64,000 bases of DNA from Paramecium tetraurelia (Eukaryota). Position numbers and translations under genes: made by a program. The first letter of the stretch is position 1; each line of letters starts with the position of its first letter. Shown here piece by piece: positions 40,081-57,931 of this stretch. The notes beneath the pieces are model-generated. The model was not told the DNA's origin. It saw only the letters and a list, made by a program, of their open reading frames with translations, and made no database searches. The DNA is taken from the NCBI GenBank assembly GCA_000165425.1, contig CT868563.1:62001-126000 (forward strand). Direction: 5' to 3'.

Positions 40081-41844
40081 ATAAACTTTTAGATACAGAT
40101 AAGAAGAACTGCAGGAGAGTAATGTATTCACTACCCTAAGTTCTTATAATCAATTGGTTGAATATAAAGAGATAACTATGGATTCTATGAAAATAATGAA
40201 GAATTCTTAACAATTACTCATAAAATATTAGATAACTCTAAGAGACAATAACTAAAAATGCAAAATGTATCGATAATCTTACGAATACTTATGGCTTTGG
40301 AAGCATGCTGAGTGAAAGGAAAAATTCAAATGATAAAGCATGGAAAAATTTATAAAGAATAAGGAAAATTACCAAAATGGATTTTGTCTGGAAAAGAAGA
40401 GGAAATAGATTTTAATTAAATTTTTAATTTAGTTTAAAAACAAAAGATACTAGTAAATCTTTAAATTATTGATCAAAAAACTAAAATTGAGTTGATGTCT
40501 GAGATTATAATAATTGCATTTGGATACATAAAATTTAATATAGCGACAAATATATTGTAAAGCAATTGACAATTTAATTTGAATTTCATATATATGCATA
40601 TAACAACAAATCTTTTATTCTCACTAAAATTGAAGCAAATTCAAAATTTACCATCTAATTAATCATCATAATCAGAATCCATAAGAATGAATTAATTAAT
40701 AATTTTATAATATTTATAAATATTCAACTTTACAGATATTTGCTAAATCTTCTTAAAGGAGGTTGAAATCTTTTCATGTTTTGGAAATGCAAAAAATCCT
40801 TCGAAACTTCCAATATCTTTATAAATGTGCCTCACTATCCTTCTTAATAGAGAAGGCTGAATGAAAATCGTTCAATGGAAAACATTCAGTTCTAGACACT
40901 GAAATCACAGGTTATCAATAAAAAAGTGAAATTATTGTTGATAGTGCTGAAGAAATCGAATTTTTCAAATCAGTCTGGAAGAAGCATGGTATATTAAAGG
41001 AAATATGGTGTAATGTATAAATTATTATAAAATTTATATCTAAGAAATATCATTTTCATAATCATTTATAAAATTTATTGCTTATATTATTTTATAATAA
41101 TTGTTTTAATCGTTTTATAGAAATAGACATGTAATTATTGAAATAGAATTTATTTAATTATTATAGAAAGGATAATCATAGTTTTTAAATTATGAATTTT
41201 AAAGTGTGTAAACACTTCAAAATATGAGTTTGCAATAAATAAATTTATTGAATCTAATTTACTTATTCTGAGATTTCTTTTACATATCATAAAATTTTAC
41301 TTAATTAATCGCTGTTTAATTATTCATTATGCAAATTACAATATGATGATTCTATCTCTTTTAGCTAATTTAAATAAATTCTCCTTCAAATTTATTAGTT
41401 AGTTATTTGAATAAAATACTAGTTAAATTAATATTATATTTTTATATTTAAAAATACATCAAAATTGCTTATTTGATATACTTTTATAAAATATTATAAA
41501 TTCTATTTATATGCCAATTTCAGTAAAATAATGACACAATAATAATAATAAATATATTCTACAATTCTAATTAAGCATTATTCACTATCCTTAAAATCTT
41601 TACTTAGAATAGAATAGTTTATTTAATGAGCTAAATTTTCAAGTTTTTGTCAATATTCATTTATAATTACATTGATGGAAATTCAAGTAAGAGCAATTTT
41701 ATTATTTAGAATATTATTAGTTAATTGAGTAATACAGTTTGAATTACATTTGATATTGTCTGGCAGCTTTTTGTAATAATCATAATTTGATTAAGTGAAT
41801 TATTATTTAAAAATTAAAATAAACTTTATATATTAATTATATAC

Positions 41845-43163
41845 ATGTATCTAGATATAAGTTATTTGAGACCCAAGAGTTAGTAATTCCTTAACAAACA
41901 CTCAAGTAATGTAATAAGATTTAAAATCTAGAATTCTATATTAAATCTGGAACAGAAGGAATGATAGTTAGAAATATTTATGAAAAAGTTGATTACGAAG
42001 AATATGAAATCAAATCGATTGAAGATTTCAAATCAAAGATTTAAGTGTCTCTGCCCAATTCGTGGAAGACAAGTGACTATTTGAAAATGCTTATATCGGC
42101 TGATTTTTCTATTTAAGGGGCATTATAAGTACCTCAAAATAAATATTTAGAGAATTTATAAATTCATCTAGGTTGGTTGAATCTATATTAGAACTTGGAA
42201 CCAAACATTAACCAATTAAAAAGTGGAGACTTTTATATTTTTGGAATAGATAAGTAATCAAGGCCAGTCATAATAATAAAGCATCTTGAAAATGAGAACT
42301 TTTTAACCTTTTAATACTTACTGGAAACAGTGAAGCGATAGGTATTGATACCTTACTTTGTTGAAAATTGGACGATTATTTACGATTGCCAAAATCAGGA
42401 ATACAATTTTTATGAAATTGATGTAAGACTTATTTATAATTGAAGTTCAATTTCGAGAATATTAAGGAGTTGATGATTAATTTTTGTGGAAATTTAAATA
42501 ATCTTCTTATCGTAAATTCTCAATTAAACTTTTAACAAATTCTTAATTACATCCCTAACAAAACCTAAATCCACTCTAAAATTAAATTGATAAACAACCT
42601 AGATGATTTGCAATAATACATTTTGAAAGAGCAATTAGAAGAAAAGTATAATGGAGAATGTTCAAATGTTAACAACTTTTGGTATCACATTTATAGATTA
42701 ATCTAGGCCTCCCCAGATACCATAAGTGTCTGAATTGTTGAAACATGTTACCTATGATTGCTACGAAGACTACTAATACGGATTAAGGAGACTATAAGAT
42801 TTTAAGGGGAGAAATTTAAGAAAATTTTCATCACTAGGGAGACTATCACATTAACACTCTAAGACAACAAGTATGAAAAAGTCGATAGAGTCTGCAACTT
42901 CCAGTAGTCATCTTAAAATTTTGGTTCATGAAGAAAATGGAAATTAATTAATTTAGGAGGAAATAGAGGTACTTAATGGTTAAGGAGATTCCGAATTTGA
43001 GAACGTGAAAAAAAATGATTTAAATATGTATAAAACTGAATCTGTAGGTCTTTAATAATTAGAAGAGAATAATAAATAACGTTAATTCTAAACGATTCTT
43101 GAGAATGAAAATGAAATTGAATAAAAATGCTGTTCAAATAAATTTAATTGTATGATATTTTGA
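41845..43163 (+). CDS. SEC14/CRAL-TRIO lipid-binding protein with C-terminal CaaX
   Basis: GDFYIFGIDKQSRPVII, PYFVENWTIIYD, QLEEKYNG; ends CCSNKFNCMIF*. Confidence 0.8.
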
Positions 43164-43460
43164 TTGATTTTATACTTAATTAAAATTTAAATTTAATATG
43201 CTCTTGTCCTAATAGGGTCGCTGAATAAATTATTGAAAATAGTATGATATCATTTGAATTAATAGATTCAGAGTGATAAACAATAATAATATATCGATAA
43301 TTATATATAATATCCAAATAAAACTAAATATGCTCTTTAAAATTTCTATTATAAATAATTAGAATTATAAACGTTGGGTAAATTAGGGGTCTTACTTTGA
43401 TTTTCGATTATTTCTTTATTAATTATCTTAATAATACTTAATAATAATATTTTTATTAAA

Positions 43461-44738
43461 ATGGAAGACGAATTAATATGGTATTATGTAGACACAAACG
43501 AATAAGAGCCAGAAAAGTAAACCAAAGGACCTATATCAGTAAGGGATATTGATGTTATGCTAAGAACTAGTATCATAACTTCGCGTAAATGATAACCTTA
43601 ACATTTAGATACATTCGTTTATAAGGAAGGATTCACTGATTGGAAACCAATATTTTTAGTAGAAGAGTTAAAATTCTTTTTAGATGAATAAGAGCATGAA
43701 ATGGTTTAAATTACTTGTGGTAAAGATATAAAAGCAGAAGAATAATAAGGATAGCAAATTTAATAATAGGATGAAAAAGAAAAAGAGGAAGAGGTTGAAG
43801 AGCAGGAAGATGATGAATCATTCTAATAATTGAATGATGAATAAAGAGTGGAAATTTTAAAGAAAAAAATAGAGAAGAATAGAAAAAAATCACAAAAAGA
43901 AAAAGAAAAAAAAAAGAATTAATGGTACACACCAAAAATAAATACAAATGTATATGTTGAAGGCTTACCATAAGATATTACTATGGAGGAAATGAAGGTA
44001 TTTTTTAGCAAGGCAGGAATTATCAGAATAAACCCAGAAACCTTATAACCTACAATTAAAATATATAGAGATTAAAATGGAAATTGTAAAGGTGATGGAT
44101 TGATTTCGTATAAAATGGTTGAAAGTGTATAGACAGCTAAAGAAATGTTAGATGGACTTCATATTAGGCCTAATGTTATTGTCAAAGTAACTGAAGCAGT
44201 GTTTGAATAAAAGGGATAATATAGAAAAAGGGAGAATAAGAAAGTTGATAAACTCTAAAAGGCATTAGCTAGACAAAAAGAAATGACACAATTGGCAGAG
44301 GAAGGATAGGAAGATGATGGAAAAGGACTAAAAATATTGATATTTAAGAATTTATATAGTCCTACATAAGCCTAAAATCCGGAATTTATGAACTAATTAT
44401 ATGGGGAATTATTGTTGAAAATAGAGTCTCTATAGATATATGTTCAAAAATTAGAGTTCTTCAAAGATCATCCTTAAGGTAATAATTATATATTAAATTG
44501 AGGTGTGGCTAAGGTTAAATTTCATTCTGCGTATGATGCTGAGATCTGTTTATCTAATTTGAGTGGAATAGAATTCAATCAAAGAAATATAAATATATAA
44601 TATTGGGATGGTAGATAAAATTTCAAATCCAATATTGAGAGTAAGGAAGTTGAGGAATAAAGATTAGATGAATTTGGTTAATGGCTAGAATAGTAAGAAG
44701 ATAGTGATTAAGAAGATAAGTATAATTAAATTGAATGA
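43461..44738 (+). CDS. HTATSF1: HTATSF1/Cus2-like U2 snRNP factor (GYF_2 + RRM + UHM)
   Basis: WYYV..GPIS..VYKEGFTDWKPI; NTNVYVEGLPQDIT..IKIYRD..CKGDGLISY..ESV; HPQGVAKVKF..YWDG..QRLDEFGQWLE. Confidence 0.88.
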
Positions 44739-44805
44739 GTGTATGATAATTGAAATTTATTTATTTAACTCCTAATTTTTTTAATAATTTGATTTTGAAT
44801 AGGGA

Positions 44806-46518
44806 ATGAGTAGAGAAAATGCAATCTAATATCGATCTCCATAATAAATACCATCTTCGAAGAAACCAAACATAGAAAATTTTCCACCCCAAAGAAATAC
44901 TAATGAATTTATTAAATAGATGAAAAAAAGAGTAGATCAAGCTCCTCTAAGTGTTATGACCTAAAATTCTTAAATTAAGGATGCACAATCCATTTTCATT
45001 GATATGTCAAGGATTGAATAATAATCCAGCAACTCAAATAACAGTTTTTATCACCCCTTAAAATAACCAGTATTGCCATAATGCCATAGGTCAAATCAAC
45101 CTTCTAATTGCACTACATAACGAACAAATAGGTATGATATGCAGAGGAATAGTAAACCTTATTTAGATTAAAGTGAAAATATGGGATTGCTGTTGGTTTA
45201 ATAACAAATGTTATCTTTGTAAAATGAGAACATGATTTTAAAATAACAATTAGAAAAACAAGAAAGTTAAAGATTACTGTTTTAATAGTAATTGCTTTAA
45301 CAATTCTAGACTTAGCAATAACAACAATAGCAACAACCCATTGTTATAAATAATAATATAACGTCCTCTGAAAAGCAATAATAATAATCAAAGTCTATTC
45401 CTCCTCAACAGTATTAGGATGAAACAAAGTCTCCACCTAAAAGAATTTAGGGTAAAAAATAGCAATCTCAAGGTATTTAGACTGATAAATCAGTTTAAGA
45501 TTAATCAATCATCACCATAAACGAATCCTTTTAAAATGAATCTTTGTGTAATAAATCAAAATAAATTATTTCATAATAATCATTAATCAGACCTCCTTAG
45601 TAATAAAAATAAAGTATGGAGTCTTTAACATTTGGTACTTAACTATCTTAAAGAAATCTAATTTCTTAATAATCATAATAATAATTATAGATCTAAACTT
45701 ATAATTCCTAAAGTAAAAATTAAAGCTTTCAATAAATTAATTAAGATTCTATTGAATTATAAAGAGAAAACACATAGAAAGATTGTTAAATTCAAAATAG
45801 AAATGATACTTCAAGAAAACATTCTTAATTTGATATCATTAATTCATCTGCTTAATAAGATCAAAGTTATATTGTACATAATCCAGAAATACCCAAAAAA
45901 TCACAGCCAAGTGTAAAATTAGAATTTAATTTTGATGAAGGAACAAATAATGGGTCGAATAAAAAATGTCTAGCTGATTATAGATTAATATTTTATAGAA
46001 TCTATTGTATTTCACTTAAAGAAAGAAAACAAATAATTTTGAAAGGAGAGTCTCAGTCCAAGCCCCTATATAAGAGGAAGATTAGAGCTGGATTGTGAAT
46101 GTTAAATAAAGAAGTAAAGAAGAATAAATCAAATTTAAGAAAAGAAATGATGGAATATGGAAGGAACAAACGATAGTAAAATAGAAGTCAAACTCCTATA
46201 AATGAAGACAAAAACAGTGATCGAAAAGAATAGGTTAAAAAATCCAAAAGCCCATTAATGGAACGGCTATCTATGGGATAAAAGGCAAAGGTAATGTTCG
46301 AACTTATTTAGGTTGAAGAAAAAGAAATGTTTGCATTAACCAAAAAAAATTATGAGAATATACCTGAAGTTAAAAAAAAGAAGAATTAAGAGGAAATTAT
46401 CAAATAAAAACAACAATTCATGAAAGAAAGATAAAATAAATTGAAAGAATTAGATGATGTAATAATATAATCCATAATTTTAGAAAATTAAAGAAAAAAT
46501 GAAAAAGCCATGATTTGA
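44806..46518 (+). CDS. Q-rich protein with C-terminal ALMS-like motif
   Basis: LMERLSMG..KEMFALTKKNYENIPEVKKKK. Confidence 0.65.
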
Positions 46519-47050
46519 AAATTAATAAAGTGTCTATAAGTCTACTATTTATTAACTACTCAACTTTTATAATAAGCATATTTCTTTTTATTCTAGTTTC
46601 AAATATTTCTTATAAATATAGTACCAATAATTATTGAAACTTAACGTAATAATAAATCAAAATTTCTTTCTATTTTTGATTTCTATTATAATTAGAACTC
46701 ATTTGAATATTATTCAGCTATATCTATTTTACTTTTTTCACGTTGTTTCTTATTATAAATCTTGATAATATATTAAAAAAATGAAATTGTTCTCTAGATA
46801 TTACATTAGTTTTATCATCTTGACTAAACAAATTAATTCTCTTCGCTCTTTATTATGAATACTGAGTTTGCATAAGAATTACTAATATAATAATAGGTTT
46901 GATTAAAATATTTATTTAAATTTCTAACCATTTGTACTGCAGATTACTCTAGATTAGTAAGTAAGGGGTATTTTTTATTTTGAGTTAATTGATTGCTCTA
47001 GTTGAAAACTAGAAGGGTTCATTTCCATTATAATATTAATTTATATTATT

Positions 47051-48101
47051 ATGCATAAATTTGTGACTCCAGAAACATTTGTTCATAAAGTTCAGAATGA
47101 CTATTTTATTAAGAAGAAGCCCAGTCCTGATTAAAGGACAGGGAAAAAGAAATAAAGTGAATTGGATTTCGAACTCTATTAAAACCTTAAAGATCTGAGG
47201 AACAATAATTAATTAATACGGAACAACCAAGGATCGCTTAAGATCATTAATCCTTTGAGCAAATAAATTAATATGATGGAAACAAAGAAGCAAATGTAAG
47301 AGAAGAAAATGAGGGAAACTCAATTTTAAATGAAAAAGAAGAGTATGCTTAATGAAAATCAATAAAAGTTACATTCTGATTTGAAAAATTTAGACAAGAT
47401 TAGTGTTAGTGCCTTTAAAGATTTTAAAGAATAAGTTAATCTTTATAATAAATATTACAGCAATACAATAGGATAGGAACCAGAAATCAAGGACATTCAA
47501 TATGAGGACCTAAATATTCCTTATCAATATGTAGATATTGGAAGTAAGTATACTTACAGGGAAATATTAAATCATGAAATTCCAGAAATAAATTATTAGA
47601 ATGATCAGGCTAAGAATTTAATGGAGTAAGTTTACAGTATTACAATCATAGAACCATTCTCTAACTCAAGTTCTCGGATGAACAATTGGAGAATAAATTA
47701 CTAAACAGCTTGAGGTAGCATGTTGTGGTAAGGGAATTAGATTAAATGGAAATTGACTATTTGAATGCAATAAAAAATAATGATTTATCAACTTTAAAGC
47801 TGATGTTGATATCTGATGAAACTATAGTTAAAGCAAAGGATATTGTAAAATCTGTATATATTAGGTAGATTGGATAGACTGGATTGCATTTGGCTGCAAA
47901 ACGAAACTATTACGATATTTGCTAGGAGCTGATAAATTATAATGTGGATTTATTTGCTATTGATTATGTAAAATACAAAGTAAATCTTAGGCAAGTAGGA
48001 CAGCAAGGTAATTGGCAGAGAAATATCATTATTATAAGGTTGCTAAGTTAATTTAGATGGAGGAGGACTAGCAAAATAAGAAGAGAAATATATAATCATG
48101 A
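47051..48101 (+). CDS. C-terminal ankyrin-repeat protein
   Basis: GQTGLHLAAKRNYYDICQELINYNVD..RTARQLA. Confidence 0.75.
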
Positions 48102-48283
48102 AATACTTTAATATTAAATATCATTTAACACAATATATATAGTATATAACAATAATAAATATCAGTGAATTTGGATGACAAATATTGAAAATAGGCAGTT
48201 ATTTCAATGAATCATATATAAAAAAATAAATTATAAAAGAAATAATTGAAAAATCAATATTATTCTTATTTATATTAATAATA

Positions 48284-49326
<1,043 letters not shown>

Positions 49327-49343
49327 TATAATAATAAATGTTA

Positions 49344-50850
<1,507 letters not shown>

Positions 50851-50886
50851 AATTTATTAGGTTTAGTATATAATAATTTTTAACTT

Positions 50887-51357
50887 TCATTGTTCTATAA
50901 CTTGTTGCAGTTCCAAGATTCTATTATAATATTTTGCTCTGTACAATTTGTAATATATCTCCTTCATCTTTAACAGATCTAATCTTTAGGATATCTGTAG
51001 AATTTATTTATTGATCAATTGAAAGTGATACTGAATATATTAGATTAAGCGATCTCCTTTTGTTGCTAAGGAGAACACTACAATGTAACTTATCAACATC
51101 CCCAACAAAAAAGGCGAGATCCTTATATAAACCGATAATACAAAGAAAATAAATGAAATGATCACAAATGTCATGAACCCTATTCTTAAAATTTTATCAT
51201 TTTTCCTTTTTTTCAATATCGTTAAGAGCAAATATATTTATTCCCGCAATTGTTTGTACATTAAATGATTATGTTCCAGGAATAGCTGATTCTGACAATT
51301 CAGGTTTAATTGTTAGTCAATCTGATTAAGTGTATTTATTTGAATTCTAATATCCAT
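50887..51357 (-). CDS. Small two-TM protein
   Basis: MDIRIQINT...IGFMTFVIISFIFFVLSVYIRISPFLLGMLISYIVVFSL...QVIEQ*. Confidence 0.6.
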
Positions 51358-52048
51358 CCCTTTTGATTTAAAAAATAATTATTATTAAAGACAATGACTT
51401 TATTAGGTATTTGATAATTAAATTAGAAAATAATAGTGATTATGTTTAATAATTTATTTATGTCGTTTATTATATATTGACCAAAGACCTTACTTCAACA
51501 TTGATTTTCCCAGTGGTCTCTAAGAGTAGTATCATAACAGAAATTGTTAATTAATAAAGATATTTTAATATACCTCAACATTGAAATTCGCTATATTATA
51601 ATAAAAATTTAATCCTCTCTCTCCATTTAAATTAATGAACTTGATTTAAATAGCCAAAATAATAAATTATGCAATAAATTCATTATTGAACTAATCATTT
51701 TAAATTTTCGAAAGATAACTAATCCATCAGATGGCTTTCGAAGTGATGAGTATTTATAAAAAGAATTTAGTTCATATTTGAAGCAGGGACTAGTAGAATT
51801 TCTTTCTACACTTATCCCTAAAGTAAGATACCAAAATAATTATAAAAAATAATTCTATTTTTATAAATGAAATTCTTTAAGATTATAAAAATAATAAAAC
51901 TTTGATTCTAAATAAAATTGAAGAATTATTAAGTATATGAATATGCAAATGAGACTAAGATTGTTTTAAAAAAGAGAAAATTCAACACACTAGAATGAAT
52001 AATATTATTTTATCCTAAAAATAATTTAATAAATATCTAACAAAATTA

Positions 52049-52943
52049 ATGTCAGCTGAAAGGCTCTTATAAGAGGAAGTGCCTTACAATTATAGCAAAT
52101 TTTAGAAGGAGAATTTAGGAAGTGGAGATGAGCATTAATTTGAAGGTTAGAATAAAGAAAAGGTTGAACTGTTAAAAAAGATTGAAACATTAGAATCTCG
52201 ATTAAGAAATACCATTGATGATAAGCCTTACAGTGAGTTGATAAGAATATTAATTTGGGAAGCATTGGGAACTGCTTTTTTTGCTTATGGGATAGTTTGT
52301 TCAAGAGGAAATGATGTGATGTTGAGTGTGTATTTGTTTGGAGCAATATTTTTAATCGGAAAGATTACAGGTGGACATGTGAATCCTGCAGTTTCGATGT
52401 CATTTTATAGTTCGAATGAGATAAGTGCATTTACAATGAGAGTCTATTGGGCAGCTCAAGTGGGTGGTGCAATAGCAGGGGCTTTGGCTGCTTTTGTGAT
52501 TGTGGGAAGAGTCACATCTCCATACATTGAGACACAGCCAATACAATGGATGGTGGCAGACTTCTGTGGAGAAGTATGATATATAGTAACAACTATTAAG
52601 GTTTTGGGGACTTTTGTATTTTGCTTGTTTATTCATATTCAAGTGCATCCATAAACGTAATTAACTGAAAACAACTTGATAGGGATTGGGATTATAGCAA
52701 CAGCACTATACTTCGGAAGGATATTGACATTTCATACTGGAGGTATCATATTATTTGGATATGATAGGTTGTTTGAACCCAGCAATGGGAGTTGGATTAG
52801 GCATTTTTGAGTCGTTATAAGATGGCAATTGGGATCGTTTGATTAATATTTGGATATACATATTTGGTCCACTTTCAGGAGCCTCTTTGGCTTCAGAATT
52901 CTACAGAAGCGTATATGTGGGATTATTGCCTAAGAAATAATGA
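52049..52943 (+). CDS. Aquaporin (MIP family)
   Basis: EALGT, TGGHVNPAVS, TGGCLNPAMG, WIYIFGPLSGA; 2 introns. Confidence 0.93.
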
Positions 52944-52965
52944 ATATTAAATTTAATATATATAG

Positions 52966-55900
52966 ATGAAAACAGTTTTAGGCCTTCTGACCATCATCTT
53001 GGGGTTATGTTATTGCAGTACTATAGAAACAACAACCCCATGTACTTGCTAATAGCTAACTTAAAATGATTGTATAAAAAATAGTGGGTGTGCTTGGAAT
53101 AAAACGTGTGATGTCAAAACTATCACTTAAACTAAATCAATCAATTATTGCAGTTACTTAAATGAATAACAATGTCAATCAGATGACGTATGTTAATGGG
53201 TGAACAGTTAATGCACTTTTTTTACAGGATGCACAGCTTACAAATTAACGTCCGATAGGGAATGCAAGAGCATTAATAAGAGATGCTATAAATCTGATCT
53301 TAAGAAATGTATAGAATTAAGTGAATGTGTCGATTACACAGATCCAATCATTTGTTTTATGGATGTTAATTAAAGATATTGTTATTGGGATACGAAAATC
53401 AATAGATGCTCAAAGGCACTGGATTGTCAGTCCTAACCCTCTGCTTTGGATACAGATGCTAAATGTAGATCCTAGATTTCAACTTGTACTGCAAAACCAG
53501 GTGGTGGATGTATGGATGCATATTAGGGTTGTTCTGACATCACTCTAGAGATCTAATGTTTTTATAATAAAGACCAATCATCTCAATGTTTTTGGGACAA
53601 TTCTGTGAATCCTCCTTTGTGTAAAGTAAAAATTTGTGAAAACGCTCCTGCTACCTTGAAAACTGATGAACTATGCAAATCATTTCTACCGTAATGCACA
53701 ACTAAGATAAATGGTGGTTGTGCCTAAAGATCGACATGTGATGCAGCAACTACTAGAAATGCTTGTATTAAAGATCAATAAGGAAATGATTGTTTTTGGG
53801 TGGATGGCTTTTGCAAATAAAAATTATGTAACAATGCTACCAAAGAAATTGTTACTAATGTGGGTTGTTAATCAATTAGTTAGGATTGCATAACAAAGTC
53901 AGGTGGTGGTTGTATGACTAATGGGGAGTGTTCCACTGCCAATATTGACTACGCTTGCAAAGTCAACATAAGAGGCGAACAATGTTTTTGGGATTCTGTG
54001 GCTCAATAATGCAAAGATAAAACTTGTACTAATGCTCCTTAGAATCTGAGCACATATGAATAATGTAGTAAGTTTTTAGAAACCTGCACTGTTAACTCGC
54101 TTAAATAAGGATGCGAAGATAGGACTTGTGAAAATGCCCCTGTATTTGTCACTACTCTTGATGGGTGTTAAGATTATTATAATGAATCTTGCATTCCAAA
54201 ATAAAATGGTGGATGTGTTACTATCAATACATGCGAGGAAATTCTATTAGAACTAAGTTGTGTTAAAGATAAATTAAAGCGTCCTTGTTTTTGGAATGAA
54301 GGAAAATGCTTACTAAAAATATGCACTAATATTCCTAAAACTGTATTTGATTAGGAGTCTCAGAGTTAAAAACCTGTTACTCTTGACCATTCCAAGTGTA
54401 ATGAGTTTATGTAAACATGCACATACAGTTAATCAAGTAACAATTGTATTAATTACACATGTGACAATGTTTAAGATAATACCATATGCTTATAGAATCA
54501 ACAATGCTATTATCGTGAAACTTGCTACACCAAAACATGTTTCACTGCCCCACTCTCTTATGCAACTCATTAATAATGCTTCCTATATAAGAACACATGC
54601 ACTCTGGCTCCATCAGGATAAGGGTGTTCAATTATGTTATAAACATGCAGTCTATACAAAAACAAAACATAATGTGTTTAATCTGTTGCTACTGCATGTT
54701 AATGGTCAGATGATGCTTGCGTTGAAAGATAATGTAATCTAGCTGATATTTCATATAATACCACTTTAAAATGTCAGTAATATTTAACTGGATGTGTAGT
54801 AAATAACTAACAACAGGGATGTATTCCAGAAATAAAAAAATGTGAGGATAGTTCGATCCAACAGAACTGTACTTTAGATGTATGCGAATGGAAAACCAAT
54901 AAATGTGTTACTAAGTAATGCAGTAATCAAAAGACCAATTGTTTATCATATAAGACTCCAATATAGTGCATTAACAATGATGGCAGCACTTCTTGTATGG
55001 ATGTACCAAATACTTGTACATTATTACCAAAGGAATATTGTAAACCTGCATAATCTTATGACTTGATTAAGAAATATTGTTTTATTTAAAATGTAGTTAA
55101 TTGTGTAGAACTAACTTTAGAAACTGAATGCAGTAGTTATAGTGACTCAATGTATTGCATCAAAAGAAATAACAATAAAGGTAATTGTGTTTGGGTAGAT
55201 GGGGATTGTTACAATGATGATTGTACTCAATTGCCCAATACATTGACATCATCATCAGAGTGTTAAACAGCAATTCCAAGATGCATCCTGAACAATTCAG
55301 GCGAAGGATGTACTAATAAGAATGAATGTTCGGCATATAATGATAAAAATTGTGATTAATTGGATAAAAATGGTTATGAATGTGTTTATAAGAATAGTCA
55401 ATGTCAAAAGAAGTCTTGTGCAACCAGTGACGCTACTAATCACACTGATTGCTATAAGTATTTGTCAACAGGCACAAAATGCACTGTGAATAGCAATGGC
55501 AACGGGTGTATTGAATTGACATCATGTTCTAATTATAGCAAGGAATCATAATGCGTTATTAGTAATTTATCAAAGGTTTGTTATTGGAGTAATGGTAAAT
55601 GTTTTGAGAAGAAATGCTCTTTGGAGACAACTTCCACAACCCATGACTAATGTTAAGTATTTATGAGTGGTTGCACTCTAGATACAAATACAAATCTGGG
55701 ATGTACCGAATTCCCTGAGTGTTAATAGATTTAAGATCCATCAGTATGCAATTCCAATCCTAAATGTGTATATCTGTCTAACAATTGCATCATAAAGACA
55801 TGTGAAAATGCCATATTAACTGAATATAATAACACGAGTTGTAGCAGTTTGCCATTTGAAGGTTGCGCTTTCGATAGTAACTTCTGCAGTACAAAGACAT

Positions 55901-57657
55901 GTGCTCAGTATGAATTCAGCACTGATGAGTAATGCAGTTAATAGAATTCAAATTGCACAACCAATGGAAAGACGTGTACAGAAAGGTTAGATTGTAATAA
56001 GGCTGTTGCAGAACAAGGGTGCAAAAAGGACATATTTGGTAATTATTGCCAATGGAATGAAATTTCTAAGACTTGTACTTTAAGAAATTGTACAACTGCA
56101 CCCACTTCGTTAACAACTGAAACTTAATGCTAACAATATTACGATGGTTGCACAACTAAGTTAGGTGGAGGATGCACAACTAAATCTACTTGTTCAGCTG
56201 CAAATGTCTAAGCTGCATGTAATACTTCGAAACATGGAGAAGTATGCAGTTGGGATGATACCATCTAACAATGTAGAAATTAATCTTGTGTTGATTTCAA
56301 TGGAAGTGATTACAAAACATGCAATAAGCAGAACAGCAAATGCACGACTAATGGGTTAGGTAAATGCTTTGAAATTGCGTATTGTAGTTAATATCTTAAT
56401 GCTTAATCTTGCATAATGGGAGGAGATGGCCCTTGTCTATGGGTTAATGGATAATGCTATTTATATAGAGATTGCACTAGTATCAAATTCAAAACACATT
56501 AAGAATGCCAAAAGGTAAGTGATAAATGCACCACAGATGGTAACAAATGTGTGTCTATTACAGAATGCAGCCAAACTAATACTAATGGAGGTTGCTTATT
56601 AGGAATTGAAGGTAAATGTATCATGACAGTAAATGATAAAGATGTTAAAGTTTGCACTACCTTTAAGAAATGCTCTGATGCTAAACTTAAAACTCACACT
56701 GATTGTAATACTGCTAATAATGGATGCACTACTGATGGTACTTAATGCACTGAATTGCTTGCCTGTAAAGATTACAAAATATAAGAATAATGTTATTTAG
56801 ATATCAAAGGTGCTGTCTCTGTAAACAATAAAATCTCATCAACTGGAATATGCAAATGGGATGGATCCTGTAGAGCATAAACCTGTGAAGATTTAACTGG
56901 AACTACACATTCCATTTGTAATACCCAAATGATGACTTGCACTTCAAATGGAACTAACTGTTATACTATGGACAAGTGTTAGAATTATTCAACAAAGGAG
57001 TTATGCAATACTGCTCTCGGTTCAGATGGTAAATGCATATACTCTACTTCAAATACCAAATGCTAGCTTATGGCTTGCAGCGATATCACCAATAATATTT
57101 GTAATATTCTTGATAATTGTGTCACTGATGGTACAAAATGCATTGCTAAAACAAACTGTGCTTCATATACAAGTCAAGTGTCTTGTGAAATATCAGGAAC
57201 TGATGGAACATGCCTTTGGAATGCAACCACTAAGAAATGTGCTTTATTTTCAGCTTGTTCTATTGCTGCGGATTAAAATCAGTGCAATAAGATGAATAAG
57301 GTATGTAGTTGGGACACAACTTCAAACAAATGTGTTGATTTAACTTGCTAAATCTAATTTAAATCCACCAATAATTGTGTTAACATTTCCACTTGGATTC
57401 CTTCATAAATTAGAACCTGCAGTCTTGTTAATGGAGTTTGCTAAGAAATTGATGTTTAAGCCTATGGACCTAGTGAATGTTACTTATTAACATAATACAC
57501 ATACACATACAATACTTCTTTATAAAAATGCACCTAATGTTCGACTACAACAACTAATTAGACAAATAACACTGTAAACGACACTGATGATACTGTAGAT
57601 AACTACTAATATTTAATTGCTTTGGGATTTTCAGTATTATCGTTATTTTTATTCTGA
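52966..57657 (+). CDS. Paramecium surface-antigen-family Cys-rich protein (~1563 aa), putatively GPI-anchored
   Basis: Signal peptide, periodic Cys repeats (CFW..CKDKTCTNAP, CTTKLGGGC, CTTDGTKC), Thr-rich linker and hydrophobic C-terminus. Confidence 0.9.
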
Positions 57658-57931
57658 TATTTTAGCTATATACATCATATAAATTATTGAAATACCATTA
57701 GTTAATTCCAAATGTATTCTTACAAATTTTCATCCTATTTATTATACAATATCCTTTTAATTGTCTGATTTTTATCTAATTCAACATTTTAAACAGAATT
57801 TCTCCAACTAATTCTCATTCACATAAAAAATCACAAATCTTAGGTATTTTAGAACTATTAAATTGTTCATATAATTAATGTTTAATTTATAACAATTTTG
57901 ACATAAGAGAAACAATATTAAATATCAATGC

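Noticed and set aside
53000..57500. Periodic sequence as a CRISPR array or DNA tandem repeat
   Set aside because: Periodicity is at the protein (Cys-repeat) level; no identical nucleotide repeats with spacers; eukaryotic context
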